A stretch of DNA of 32,000 nucleotides, from positions 90,001 through 122,000 of the forward strand of contig NBVN01000004.1 of the NCBI GenBank assembly GCA_003056265.1. The letters are read 5' to 3'. The number at the start of each line of letters is the position of its first letter. Positions within the stretch are counted from its first letter, which is position 1. Below the pieces are notes generated by a model. It was not told where the DNA came from. It searched no databases and worked only from the letters and a program-made list of their open reading frames with translations. This document shows positions 1 through 9,910 of this stretch, in pieces. A program made the position numbers and the translations under genes. This DNA is from Zestosphaera tikiterensis (lineage in GTDB: Archaea > Thermoproteota > Thermoprotei_A > Sulfolobales > NBVN01).

Positions 1-97
1 AGACCAACTCTTCAGGCAGTAAGCATTTTCCATGATCTACATGACCTAAGACGACAACTATCGGCGAACGTAACTTAACCTCACTTCTTTCAGTCAT
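1..97 (-). CDS. Translational GTPase, aIF5B/IF2-like N-terminus (partial; gene runs off the left edge of the window)
   Basis: Not in the ORF track because it is open at the window edge. A minus-strand ATG at 97-95 gives MTERSEVKLRSPIVVVLGHVDHGKCLLPEELV. RxPIVxVxGHVDHGK is the start of the G1/P-loop typical of aIF5B/IF2-type GTPases. Only 32 codons are visible. Confidence 0.5.
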   Translation of the reverse strand, partial: MTERSEVKLRSPIVVVLGHVDHGKCLLPEELV

Positions 98-183
98 TTA
101 AAGCCACCTTACCTGCTCTTATACTTACAAAACCACTTATTAAGCGTGTTAACTTCCTTAAATGTTAACTAATTTATAGATAA

Positions 184-1269
184 TTAGCTGATTATGGGAT
201 ATCTTAGGAGGGCTATAACACCAGCAAACGTCTTTTTAAGCCATTCATATTCAGGTATTTCTGAATTAATAACTAAGACCTCAGCACCTTTCTCCTCCGC
301 TTTCTTACTTAATTCCTCAATTCTAGGATGATCCTCAACGATGATTAAATGTCTAACCGCACCCATGTTTAATGCTTCAATTATTTCCTTCTCGCCATAC
401 GTCACATATCCGTCGTCTTTAGCTAAGTGCGTCTTCACCTCCTCGAGGAGGTCGTAAGTCTTTATGTAGGTATGTTGTTTAAGTAGGTCTTTAGCCCTAA
501 CCACCAATTCTCTAAGTCCTGGAAATCCTTGCGAACTCACGTCGATTAACTCAGGTATTATCAGAGATTTTAACCTATAATCTATGGAGTCGTTTTTCAC
601 GAAATCGTTCTTTACGTAACCCGGCCCCCCTACTAATATCCCTTTAAGCCTTCCCTGTTCTAAGTACGGTAGGAAGTAATTGTTCATTTTCTCAGCAACG
701 CTTTTATGGAATTCATCGGTTAACTCCTCTATTATTCTATCGTATCTTCGTTGAGACCAACCACCTTTAGAGTGTTTACCGGGGATATACCCTTCAATCT
801 CATCTAAGACTAGTATGCTATTCCCTTTAAGCAAGCCTATCGTTGCCTCATCTCTTTCTATAATGACTAAACCATATACATTAGATTCCTCAATCATATC
901 CTCAAGAAACTCTGTATGAAAGTGTTTATCAGTTCTATAGAAAAATACGTTGACAGGCTCCGGAGGCTCTAAAACCAACGTTATGATCTCACCGGTTTTG
1001 TCGTTCTCACCTGAGAATATCACCAACCCGTTAGGCGGGGTTTTAGGTATTTTAAGCAGTCTATCTATCGCAGCTTCTAAAGCAGTCTGAACTTTACTCC
1101 TAGTCTGTTTAAGCTTTATGTTTTCAGTTATTGAAAGTTCCTGCCTTAAGGTGTTTACAACATCAGCTATAGGTCTTCCAGGCGGTATGTAAAGACTTAA
1201 CAACGTCGTAGCATGTGCTTCCCAAGTCTTAAGAGACTTCACTATCCTCTTAAGCTCTTCTTTACTCAC
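184..1269 (-). CDS. Peptide chain release factor aRF1-like protein with atypical motifs (GGW, NIKL, YRTDKHF)
   Basis: The 361-aa protein shows aRF1/eRF1-like blocks along its whole length: LLSLYIPPGRPIADVV, EPPEPVNVFFYRTDKHF, LVIIERDEATIGLLKG, GKHSKGGWSQRRYDR, LVGGPGY, ALLRYPI. It starts with GTG and stops with TAA. Confidence 0.85.
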   Translation of the reverse strand: MSKEELKRIVKSLKTWEAHATTLLSLYIPPGRPIADVVNTLRQELSITENIKLKQTRSKVQTALEAAIDRLLKIPKTPPNGLVIFSGENDKTGEIITLVLEPPEPVNVFFYRTDKHFHTEFLEDMIEESNVYGLVIIERDEATIGLLKGNSILVLDEIEGYIPGKHSKGGWSQRRYDRIIEELTDEFHKSVAEKMNNYFLPYLEQGRLKGILVGGPGYVKNDFVKNDSIDYRLKSLIIPELIDVSSQGFPGLRELVVRAKDLLKQHTYIKTYDLLEEVKTHLAKDDGYVTYGEKEIIEALNMGAVRHLIIVEDHPRIEELSKKAEEKGAEVLVINSEIPEYEWLKKTFAGVIALLRYPIIS

Positions 1270-1455
1270 TCTATACTCGCTAAATATGACCCACCTAAAA
1301 CATAAGATTTTCAGGGAGTAATAAGATTAACACTATCCTTTTGTTTCTAGGCTCTAGCTTCACCGCTTCAGCCATCATCACCACCTGTTTGAGGCTCCGC
1401 CTTTTAAGGTAGGATGAATGTTTTTAAGTTTTTCTTGTTTAATGTTTTTGGTGTT

Positions 1456-1616
1456 GGGTGTGGGTAACCGTAGCTTGGGATGAGTCCCACACCTTCCCGG
1501 TGCTGGCGGCGGGAACTGATGGATGATGCACTCCCTGTGAGGGGCTTCAGAAAGGTGATGGAAGCCCTAGGGGGAGAACCCCTGTTAAAACAATAGGGGC
1601 CGTCAGCCTACTGAAC
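1456..1616 (+). ncRNA. Unassigned GC-rich structured RNA candidate
   Basis: A GC-rich island sits in an AT-rich spacer between two minus-strand genes. A TATA-like TTTTTAAG lies at 1421-1428, about 28 nt upstream. Stems seen: 1457-1464/1486-1493 (ggtgtggg/cccacacc), 1494-1499/1510-1515 (ttcccg/cgggaa) and 1542-1548/1561-1567 (gggcttc/gaagccc). Strand and ends are inferred. Confidence 0.35.
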
Positions 1617-1779
1617 TTCCTTAAATGGAGTTAAGAACTTCCTTGTCTAGATCTTATCCCTAACTTCATTCCTTCATTAAATCATTCACCGCAACGTTAA
1701 CATACGTGATAGCCCGAAAACATTAAGAAACGTATGGAAACCTTAAAAACCTTCTCAACGTTTATAGAGAAATAGCTAC

Positions 1780-3969
1780 CTAGCCCGTAGTGATGCTGAA
1801 GATGAATGAAGTTAATAGCATGACCGCATAACCTATTGAAACCATGTAAGCAGTTAAAGCTAAAGTAGCTTTGGCGTTTCTACCTTCCGATAATATTGTT
1901 GCTAAAGTAGCTATACACGGTACGTAAAGAATTGTAAAGTACATTATGGAGAGGGCTTGACCATATGTAAGGTTTAAACTTCTTATTGCGGTTATAGGAT
2001 CCGTACCTTGTATCTGAGCTAACGTAGTTAACAAAGCTTCTTTAGCTATAAATCCAGCGAGCAACGCCGTACCTAACTTAACAGCGTTTTCATGGTATCC
2101 AATAATGGGTTTTAACGGTATGGCTATGTAGCTACCTAGGATGTAAGCATAGCTATGTGTAAAGAACTCATCGCCATATATAGCTGGTAGGAAACCTTCA
2201 GGACCTAAGTAAGTTAAAAACCAGAAGAATGCTGTAACAGACACTATTATTAAGCCAGCCTTCCTTAAGAAGTGTTTTAAGTTATCCCAGGTTAACCACC
2301 AAACAACTTTTAAGCTTGGCTTATGTAACGGCGGCAACTCAAGCACGAACTCCGGCGATTCCTTTCTATATAGGAGTTTCCTAAGCATTAACGACGTTAT
2401 TAAAGCTACGGATATACCTAAAACGTAAGCACTCACTACAGTTAATGCTTGATATAGAGGCGATTCAATAGCTAAAGCACTGATAAAAGCGAGGATTACT
2501 ATTAACCTAGCTTGGCAAGGTATGAATGCTGACGTGTATATGAGTTGCCTTCTTTCCTCATCGTCTAGGGCCGTTCTGCTGGTTAAGATTGCGGGCACGT
2601 TACAACCAAAGCCTATTAGATATGGGTAAATAGCACGGCCGGAAAGACCAAATTTAGAGAATATCGTGTGGAAGCTTACGGCTATCCTAGGCTCTAAACC
2701 TGAGTCCTCTAAAACGGCTAGAACTACGAAGGTAAATGTAATTAAAGGTATGAAAGAAAGTAGCGTTGTAAATCCTGTTAAGGCACCATCCGTTATAAAA
2801 GACGTAATCGCTGGATTTAAATGTAGCGTTTCCTCAAGAAATTCCTTAACTTGATTTAAAGCTATTTCTGAAGCCGCGCCTATAACACCACTTAAACTCA
2901 GCGACTCTATCAAGTCAGCAGCTTCATAAAAGCCTAAGTATCTTAAGATGAAGTTTAGAGGGAAGCCTGTGTTTAACGAGAATATCAGTGTAAAAGCGAC
3001 TAGCAATATAGCAATGGAGGCTGGGATGCCCGTAAGTGGATTCATAAACACCTTCTTAACGATTAACTCACCCCTATTCCTCACTTCAACTCTAACGACG
3101 ACCTCCTTTAGAAGTGCGTCTACATAACCATATCTAGCACTAATGCTTAACTCCTGCGGAGGCCTCCCAAGCGTTATCCTAGCTATCTCCCTTAATTCCT
3201 GAGCTTTCTTAAGAACTTCCTTCTCATTATATTGTATTAGAAGCTCTTCTAATCTATAATCCCCCTCAAGAAGCCTAATAGTTGCCCATCTCACGGGGTA
3301 TTTACTTAACGCCTTACTGCTGGAAACGTACGTCGATAACTCGTTAATGAAGTTGTTTAGCGGGCCGTAATCTATTGCTATAGGTTCCCGCCTCTTAACC
3401 CTAGACTTAAAGCCGATTATAGCGTTTAAAAGTTCTCTGATGCCTTCCTTCCTCAACGCGGAGATAGGAATTACTGGAACGCCTAATCGCTCCTCTAACT
3501 TATCGTAATGAATGTGAATGCCTCTCTTATGGGCTTCATCAGATTTAGTTAAGACTATAATCACGTTAGGAGTTATTTCAAGCATTTGAATAGCTAAGTA
3601 CATAGTCCTTTCAGGAAGTAGGGAATCCACTAAAACTAAGACTACGTCAGGTTTATTGCTGATTATATACTCTCTAGCTATCACCTCCTCAAGGCTTAAA
3701 GCACTTAACCCATAAATACCGGGGAGATCTGTAAAACATATGTTGACACCTCCATAGTTAAGTTCACCTTCTTTAAACCCTACTGTAGTGCCTGGCCAGT
3801 TACCTACGCGGACATTCTCACCTGTTAAAACGTTGAAAAGCGTGGACTTACCTACGTTTGGATTTCCCACTAAAGCCACTTTAACGTCACACCCTCTATC
3901 GGCTTCGTTAAGGTTAACTTTTGCCGCTACGTTAACGTCGCCAGCGCCACCACAGTGTTTATGCGACAT
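1780..3969 (-). CDS. feoB: Ferrous iron transporter FeoB (G-domain plus polytopic membrane domain)
   Basis: The N-terminal GTPase carries GNPNVGKSTLFN, DLPG and TKSD motifs, followed by a long hydrophobic permease part. Total length is 729 aa. Confidence 0.9.
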   Translation of the reverse strand: MSHKHCGGAGDVNVAAKVNLNEADRGCDVKVALVGNPNVGKSTLFNVLTGENVRVGNWPGTTVGFKEGELNYGGVNICFTDLPGIYGLSALSLEEVIAREYIISNKPDVVLVLVDSLLPERTMYLAIQMLEITPNVIIVLTKSDEAHKRGIHIHYDKLEERLGVPVIPISALRKEGIRELLNAIIGFKSRVKRREPIAIDYGPLNNFINELSTYVSSSKALSKYPVRWATIRLLEGDYRLEELLIQYNEKEVLKKAQELREIARITLGRPPQELSISARYGYVDALLKEVVVRVEVRNRGELIVKKVFMNPLTGIPASIAILLVAFTLIFSLNTGFPLNFILRYLGFYEAADLIESLSLSGVIGAASEIALNQVKEFLEETLHLNPAITSFITDGALTGFTTLLSFIPLITFTFVVLAVLEDSGLEPRIAVSFHTIFSKFGLSGRAIYPYLIGFGCNVPAILTSRTALDDEERRQLIYTSAFIPCQARLIVILAFISALAIESPLYQALTVVSAYVLGISVALITSLMLRKLLYRKESPEFVLELPPLHKPSLKVVWWLTWDNLKHFLRKAGLIIVSVTAFFWFLTYLGPEGFLPAIYGDEFFTHSYAYILGSYIAIPLKPIIGYHENAVKLGTALLAGFIAKEALLTTLAQIQGTDPITAIRSLNLTYGQALSIMYFTILYVPCIATLATILSEGRNAKATLALTAYMVSIGYAVMLLTSFIFSITTG

Positions 3970-3980
3970 CCTACGTCCCT

Positions 3981-4002
3981 AATTTTAGACATGTCTAAAA
4001 TT
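3981..4002. promoter_or_regulatory. Perfect 22-bp palindrome (AATTTTAGACATGTCTAAAATT) overlapping the feoB core promoter; candidate metalloregulator operator
   Basis: The sequence equals its own reverse complement. It begins 12 nt upstream of the feoB ATG (3969-3967), inside the 100-bp divergent spacer to ORF 4070. Confidence 0.45.
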
Positions 4003-4069
4003 AATAAGCGTAAGCAAAACCTTGTGTGGGGCATGCTTTTTAAACTTGTTGCGTTAAAGAGTTCCTTCG

Positions 4070-4330
4070 GTGATGTATGTGGGGAAACGCCTGGTTTTAT
4101 ACGTAGGTTACGACGTTAAAAGTCGTGACGTTTTAAATAAGGTTTCAAAAATTAAAACTTTATTTGATGAAGTAAGGATTATTTACATCCCTGAAGTAGA
4201 CGATGAGATCCTGTCTAAGTACTCGCTCCCATCAATAAAAATAGAGAGCTTTGGCGATGTAGACGAAGATAGCAAGGTTGACATACCTAGGTTTACGTCC
4301 TTAATTGAAGAATCACTCATGAATTACTGA
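4070..4330 (+). CDS. Hypothetical small protein (86 aa)
   Basis: ORF only. It is divergent from feoB and I recognised no motif. Confidence 0.4.
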   Translation: MMYVGKRLVLYVGYDVKSRDVLNKVSKIKTLFDEVRIIYIPEVDDEILSKYSLPSIKIESFGDVDEDSKVDIPRFTSLIEESLMNY

Positions 4331-4690
4331 CTTCTCTATTTTTCTATATGGGCATTCACGCCAATACTTACTACATAAATCAACTTCATACGTGGTTAAA
4401 TACCTCCTAAGGACTTTACATCCAGCTAAGTAATGCTCTCCAACATACTCCACGACGAAATACTCGCAATCTGAAGAGGGTTTCTGCTTTATCGCGTGAA
4501 GTAAAGTTAAGGGTTTGCCAAACATAGGCACTGCGGGTTTGGGCTTAATCCTCTCCCCACTAGAGTAATACCTGCATTTAATGTATGCTTCCTCAGCCCC
4601 TAAACATATATGAGGTAGTACCGGATCGCTGGAGGGGCTTTCAAGCTTAGGTGACGTGCATAAGCCTTCTCTATACCAAGGGCAAGGCAT
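4313..4690 (-). CDS. Cysteine-rich small protein (probable metal or Fe-S binding), CP[WY] motif family
   Basis: The 125-aa protein has 8 Cys, including N-terminal CPWYxxxLC and C-terminal CSKYWRECPY. It shares the CP[WY][YF] motif with ORF 5151-5486. Confidence 0.5.
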   Translation of the reverse strand: MPCPWYREGLCTSPKLESPSSDPVLPHICLGAEEAYIKCRYYSSGERIKPKPAVPMFGKPLTLLHAIKQKPSSDCEYFVVEYVGEHYLAGCKVLRRYLTTYEVDLCSKYWRECPYRKIEKSVIHE

Positions 4691-4718
4691 GCCGGCTTCA
4701 ACCAGTTAATCTTATGCT

Positions 4719-4739
4719 ATGTAGGCTTATAAGCTACAT
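4719..4739. promoter_or_regulatory. Imperfect palindrome ATGTAG(G)CTTATAAGCTACAT centred on a TATA-like element
   Basis: It lies in the divergent spacer between 4313-4690 (-) and the wHTH gene 4766-5041 (+). The arms atgtag/ctacat flank the palindromic cttataag. Confidence 0.3.
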
Positions 4740-4765
4740 AACCACTTTTAGGTTTAGGGATAACT

Positions 4766-5041
4766 ATGAGTAGAGAGCAGAACACCGAAAAGAAACTAAG
4801 TTTAAAGGTTGTTTATGAAGATCCGGACGTTGTGGTTTTAAGAGCCCCTAACGAAGATCAGCTGATGGAGATTTTGAAAAACCTACTTAAGGATAAGCCT
4901 ATGAGTGTTAAAGAACTTCATTCATATCTTTCCGGCTTAGCCAGCGAGGATAAGATTAGAAGGGCGTTAACGAAGCTCGTTAACGAAGGTAAGGTCTACG
5001 TAATGAACGATGGCAAATACGTCATAGTGGGTTTGGAGTAA
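4766..5041 (+). CDS. Small winged-helix DNA-binding protein (putative transcription regulator)
   Basis: The 91-aa protein has MSVKELHSYLSGLASEDKIRRALTKLVNEGKVYV, which resembles an HTH recognition helix plus wing. Confidence 0.5.
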   Translation: MSREQNTEKKLSLKVVYEDPDVVVLRAPNEDQLMEILKNLLKDKPMSVKELHSYLSGLASEDKIRRALTKLVNEGKVYVMNDGKYVIVGLE

Positions 5042-5150
5042 TTAAGTAAAAATCTTCGAAAACAGCGCTAACCTAGTGATCAAGAATCGTAATACGCTGT
5101 GAAAACGCTTAAACGTATTCTTTATTAGTAAGATTGCTATCTTTAAGTAG

Positions 5151-5486
5151 GTGATGCCTTTGAATTTGGAGGGTAATGAAGATTTAAGTCAAGGGCCCTC
5201 AACGACGTTTAAGTTGAGTAGTGACGTAGAAGTTAGGAAGAGATGGGTTGAGCGGATGGTTAGGTCAGCTAAGAAATACCATAAGATATGTCCTTACTTC
5301 GATAAGAAAACCCTTAACTGCTTTATTAAGCAGATGAAGTCCTCTAAAATCGTTAAATGTGATAGAGACGGTAAATTTGACGGATGCCCTATATTCAATC
5401 AATATCTAGAGGAGAGGTTCGAATGGTATAAATCCACTAACAACCCACTACCCATGGACTTCAGGGATTTAACATCGGTTTTTTAG
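5151..5486 (+). CDS. Cysteine-rich small protein, CPY/CPI motif (paralogue-like of 4313-4690)
   Basis: The 111-aa protein contains KICPYFDKKTLNCF ... KCDRDGKFDGCPIFNQY. It ends 9 nt before argS. Confidence 0.45.
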   Translation: MMPLNLEGNEDLSQGPSTTFKLSSDVEVRKRWVERMVRSAKKYHKICPYFDKKTLNCFIKQMKSSKIVKCDRDGKFDGCPIFNQYLEERFEWYKSTNNPLPMDFRDLTSVF

Positions 5487-5494
5487 GAAATCCG

Positions 5495-7459
5495 GTGGGG
5501 AAGTTGGGCATCTGTGAAAACCCTTACGGCTACGTTAAAGATTTAATAGTTGAAACAACGTCCTCATACATTGCTGAAAACTTAACTAAAAACTTAGATG
5601 AAGTTAAGGAGGTTGTTAAATCGTTTATTGAGGAACCCCCTAGAAGGGAGTTCGGGGATTTCAGCTTACCAGCGCCACGTCTTTCAAGAGTGTTTGGCTT
5701 ACCTTTAAAACAAACGATTGAGGGCTTGATTAACTCTTTAAAGAAAGTGGCTTTAGTAGACCGTATTGATGAAGTTAACAACTACGTTAACATTTACTTA
5801 AATTACTCAATGTTAAGTGAGTTAGTGTTTAACAGCATTAGGGAAGCAGGCTTAAATTACGGAAGACCCTGCTTTAAAAAGCCGAAGAGGGTTGTGGTTG
5901 AGTATATTTCAGCAAATCCTGTGCACCCCCTCCATATAGGCTCTGGAAGGAATGCTGTCTTGGGGGATTTTCTATACAGGCTCTTTAAATTCGTTGGATA
6001 TGATGTTGAAAGACGTTACTACGTTAACGACGTAGGTCTGCAGACTGCGTTTCTTGCCTTCGGATACTCAATTCTAAACAAGCCTAAACCGCCGATTAAC
6101 TTCAAGCCAGATCATTACTACGGCTTAATCTACGCAGCAACCTCAATAATTATTGAAATCTCTAAAATAAGGAAGAAGTTGAAGGAGGCCGGTATGGATG
6201 AGTTGCCGAAGTTAAGTGAACTTCAGAGAGATCTCGACATATTGTTAGCTGACTTAAGTAGAGTTAAGGAGCGAATTCCGAAGGAAGTTGATAAACTTAT
6301 GGAGGAAATCACACGCGAGGAAAACCCTGAAGGTAAAGTCAACGAAATAATGCGTAATTACGAACGTCTCGATCCCAACTACAACTTCGTTCGTGAAGTC
6401 TCTGAGGAGGTTGTTAAAGGTATTGCTGAAACTTTAGATAAGCTCAATGTAGGGATTGACGTGTGGGACTGGGAAAGCGATGTGATAAGGAGTGGTGTGT
6501 TAAAAGAGGTTTTAGAGAAGGCTAAAGCAAGCCCTTACTATGGCTACTATAAAGGCGTTCCGGCTCTAATGTTTAGGGATCTACTCAATGATGAGAATAT
6601 AAAAACCAGGTTAAAAATACCTAAGGCTTTAGAGGTTCCTCCCCTGATATTGATGAGAAGCGATGGTTCCACCCTGTACACGACTAGGGACATCGCATAC
6701 ACGCTAATAAAGTTCAGAAACTTCAACGCCGATGAAGTTATAAATGTGATAGCTGTTGAGCAGATCTTAAGTCAAGCGCAGTTGCGGTTAGCTCTCTACG
6801 CTTTAGGTTATGTAAGAGAAGCTGAAAACCTAATACATTACAGTTACGAAATGGTAAACCTTCCAGGCATGTCTATGTCGGGGAGGCGGGCTAAATACGT
6901 AACCGTCGATGAATTGCTTGAGAGTATGGCATCTAAGGTTAAAAACGTAATGAAGGATAGGGGGGTTGAAGTTACCGAAGAACAGGCGTTGAAAATCGCT
7001 AGATCCGCCTTCAAATTTATGATACTTTCCACATCACCTAGTAAAACGTTAGTTGTTGATGTGGGTAGGGCTTTAGACTTAAAGCAGAACTCAGGACCTT
7101 ACATGCAATATACTTACGTGAGAGCTAAGTCAATACTTGATAAGGTAGACAACCACGTTGACTGGAACTCCATCGACTACAGTAAATCAGTTAAAGAACC
7201 TGTTAAAACGTTGATATGGGAGTTAAGTAAGTTCCCTGAGGTTATTAGTAAGACTTTAGAATCCCTTCAACCTGAAGGGCTAGCGACGTACTTAATTAAG
7301 GTGGCGGACCTGTATAACAATCTCTACGATGCCGAGCCAATACTTAAGGAAGTGGATAAAGGGTATAGGGAGTTAAAACTTGCTGTGACTTATGGTGTGG
7401 CCGTAGTCCTTAAAAACGGTATGGAAGTTCTAGGTTTAGATGTTTTAGATAGGATGTGA
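5495..7459 (+). CDS. argS: Arginyl-tRNA synthetase
   Basis: It has a class-I HIGH-type block SANPVHPLHIGSGRNAVLGD, the block YYVNDVGLQ, and a C-terminal anticodon-binding region ending in M, as is typical for ArgRS. Length is 654 aa and the stop is TGA. Confidence 0.9.
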   Translation: MGKLGICENPYGYVKDLIVETTSSYIAENLTKNLDEVKEVVKSFIEEPPRREFGDFSLPAPRLSRVFGLPLKQTIEGLINSLKKVALVDRIDEVNNYVNIYLNYSMLSELVFNSIREAGLNYGRPCFKKPKRVVVEYISANPVHPLHIGSGRNAVLGDFLYRLFKFVGYDVERRYYVNDVGLQTAFLAFGYSILNKPKPPINFKPDHYYGLIYAATSIIIEISKIRKKLKEAGMDELPKLSELQRDLDILLADLSRVKERIPKEVDKLMEEITREENPEGKVNEIMRNYERLDPNYNFVREVSEEVVKGIAETLDKLNVGIDVWDWESDVIRSGVLKEVLEKAKASPYYGYYKGVPALMFRDLLNDENIKTRLKIPKALEVPPLILMRSDGSTLYTTRDIAYTLIKFRNFNADEVINVIAVEQILSQAQLRLALYALGYVREAENLIHYSYEMVNLPGMSMSGRRAKYVTVDELLESMASKVKNVMKDRGVEVTEEQALKIARSAFKFMILSTSPSKTLVVDVGRALDLKQNSGPYMQYTYVRAKSILDKVDNHVDWNSIDYSKSVKEPVKTLIWELSKFPEVISKTLESLQPEGLATYLIKVADLYNNLYDAEPILKEVDKGYRELKLAVTYGVAVVLKNGMEVLGLDVLDRM

Positions 7460-7557
7460 GGTTTTTAATTCCCTCAACGTTTTAAAAGGTTAAGCATCTA
7501 TCTTACGTACTTAACATGCTATTTATGTTTGTAAGATATATTTACTTAGACGTTTAA

Positions 7558-9744
<2,187 letters not shown>

Positions 9745-9910
9745 AGACATCAGATTCAATAAAGTTAATGAATGGGAAAGGAATCACTTATTATCATATC
9801 ACTCATTTAATTTCCGAAATAACCACCCACGCATTAGATGCTGTTACTACCTTCTCGCTTAACGTAGGTGTTTTTAGTCTCGCCTCATATATAAAGATAT
9901 CTGGGCTTAG

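Noticed and set aside
1311-1409. A possible minus-strand C/D-box sRNA. GUGAUGA is the reverse complement of 1375-1381 and a terminal CUGA is the reverse complement of 1311-1314. It lies downstream of the palindromic TATA-like CCTTTTAAGG (1400-1409).
   Set aside because: A second CUGA follows the C box after only 3 nt. There are no credible C'/D' boxes and no 12-nt guide spacing. The motifs are short enough to occur by chance.
1456-1616. Whether the GC-rich island is SRP (7S) RNA, RNase P RNA or an intron-containing tRNA.
   Set aside because: It is too short for SRP RNA (about 300 nt). It has no GAGGAAAGUCC-type CR-I or other RNase P conserved regions on either strand. It has no T-loop (GTTCRANNC) or cloverleaf. 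It is therefore left unassigned.
2666-3982. Short plus-strand ORFs (2666-2854, 3788-3982) inside feoB. The same applies to antisense or out-of-frame ORFs inside other large genes: 5530-5781, 6844-7032, 8284-8493, 8661-8873, 8892-9164, 10645-10956, 20992-21189, 26021-26242, 27889-28074, 28286-28489, 28498-28917 and 29910-30143.
   Set aside because: All lie fully within long ORFs that carry strong family motifs on the other strand or frame. Their compositions are low-complexity (Ser/Leu/Thr-rich) and they have no motifs. These are typical shadow ORFs.
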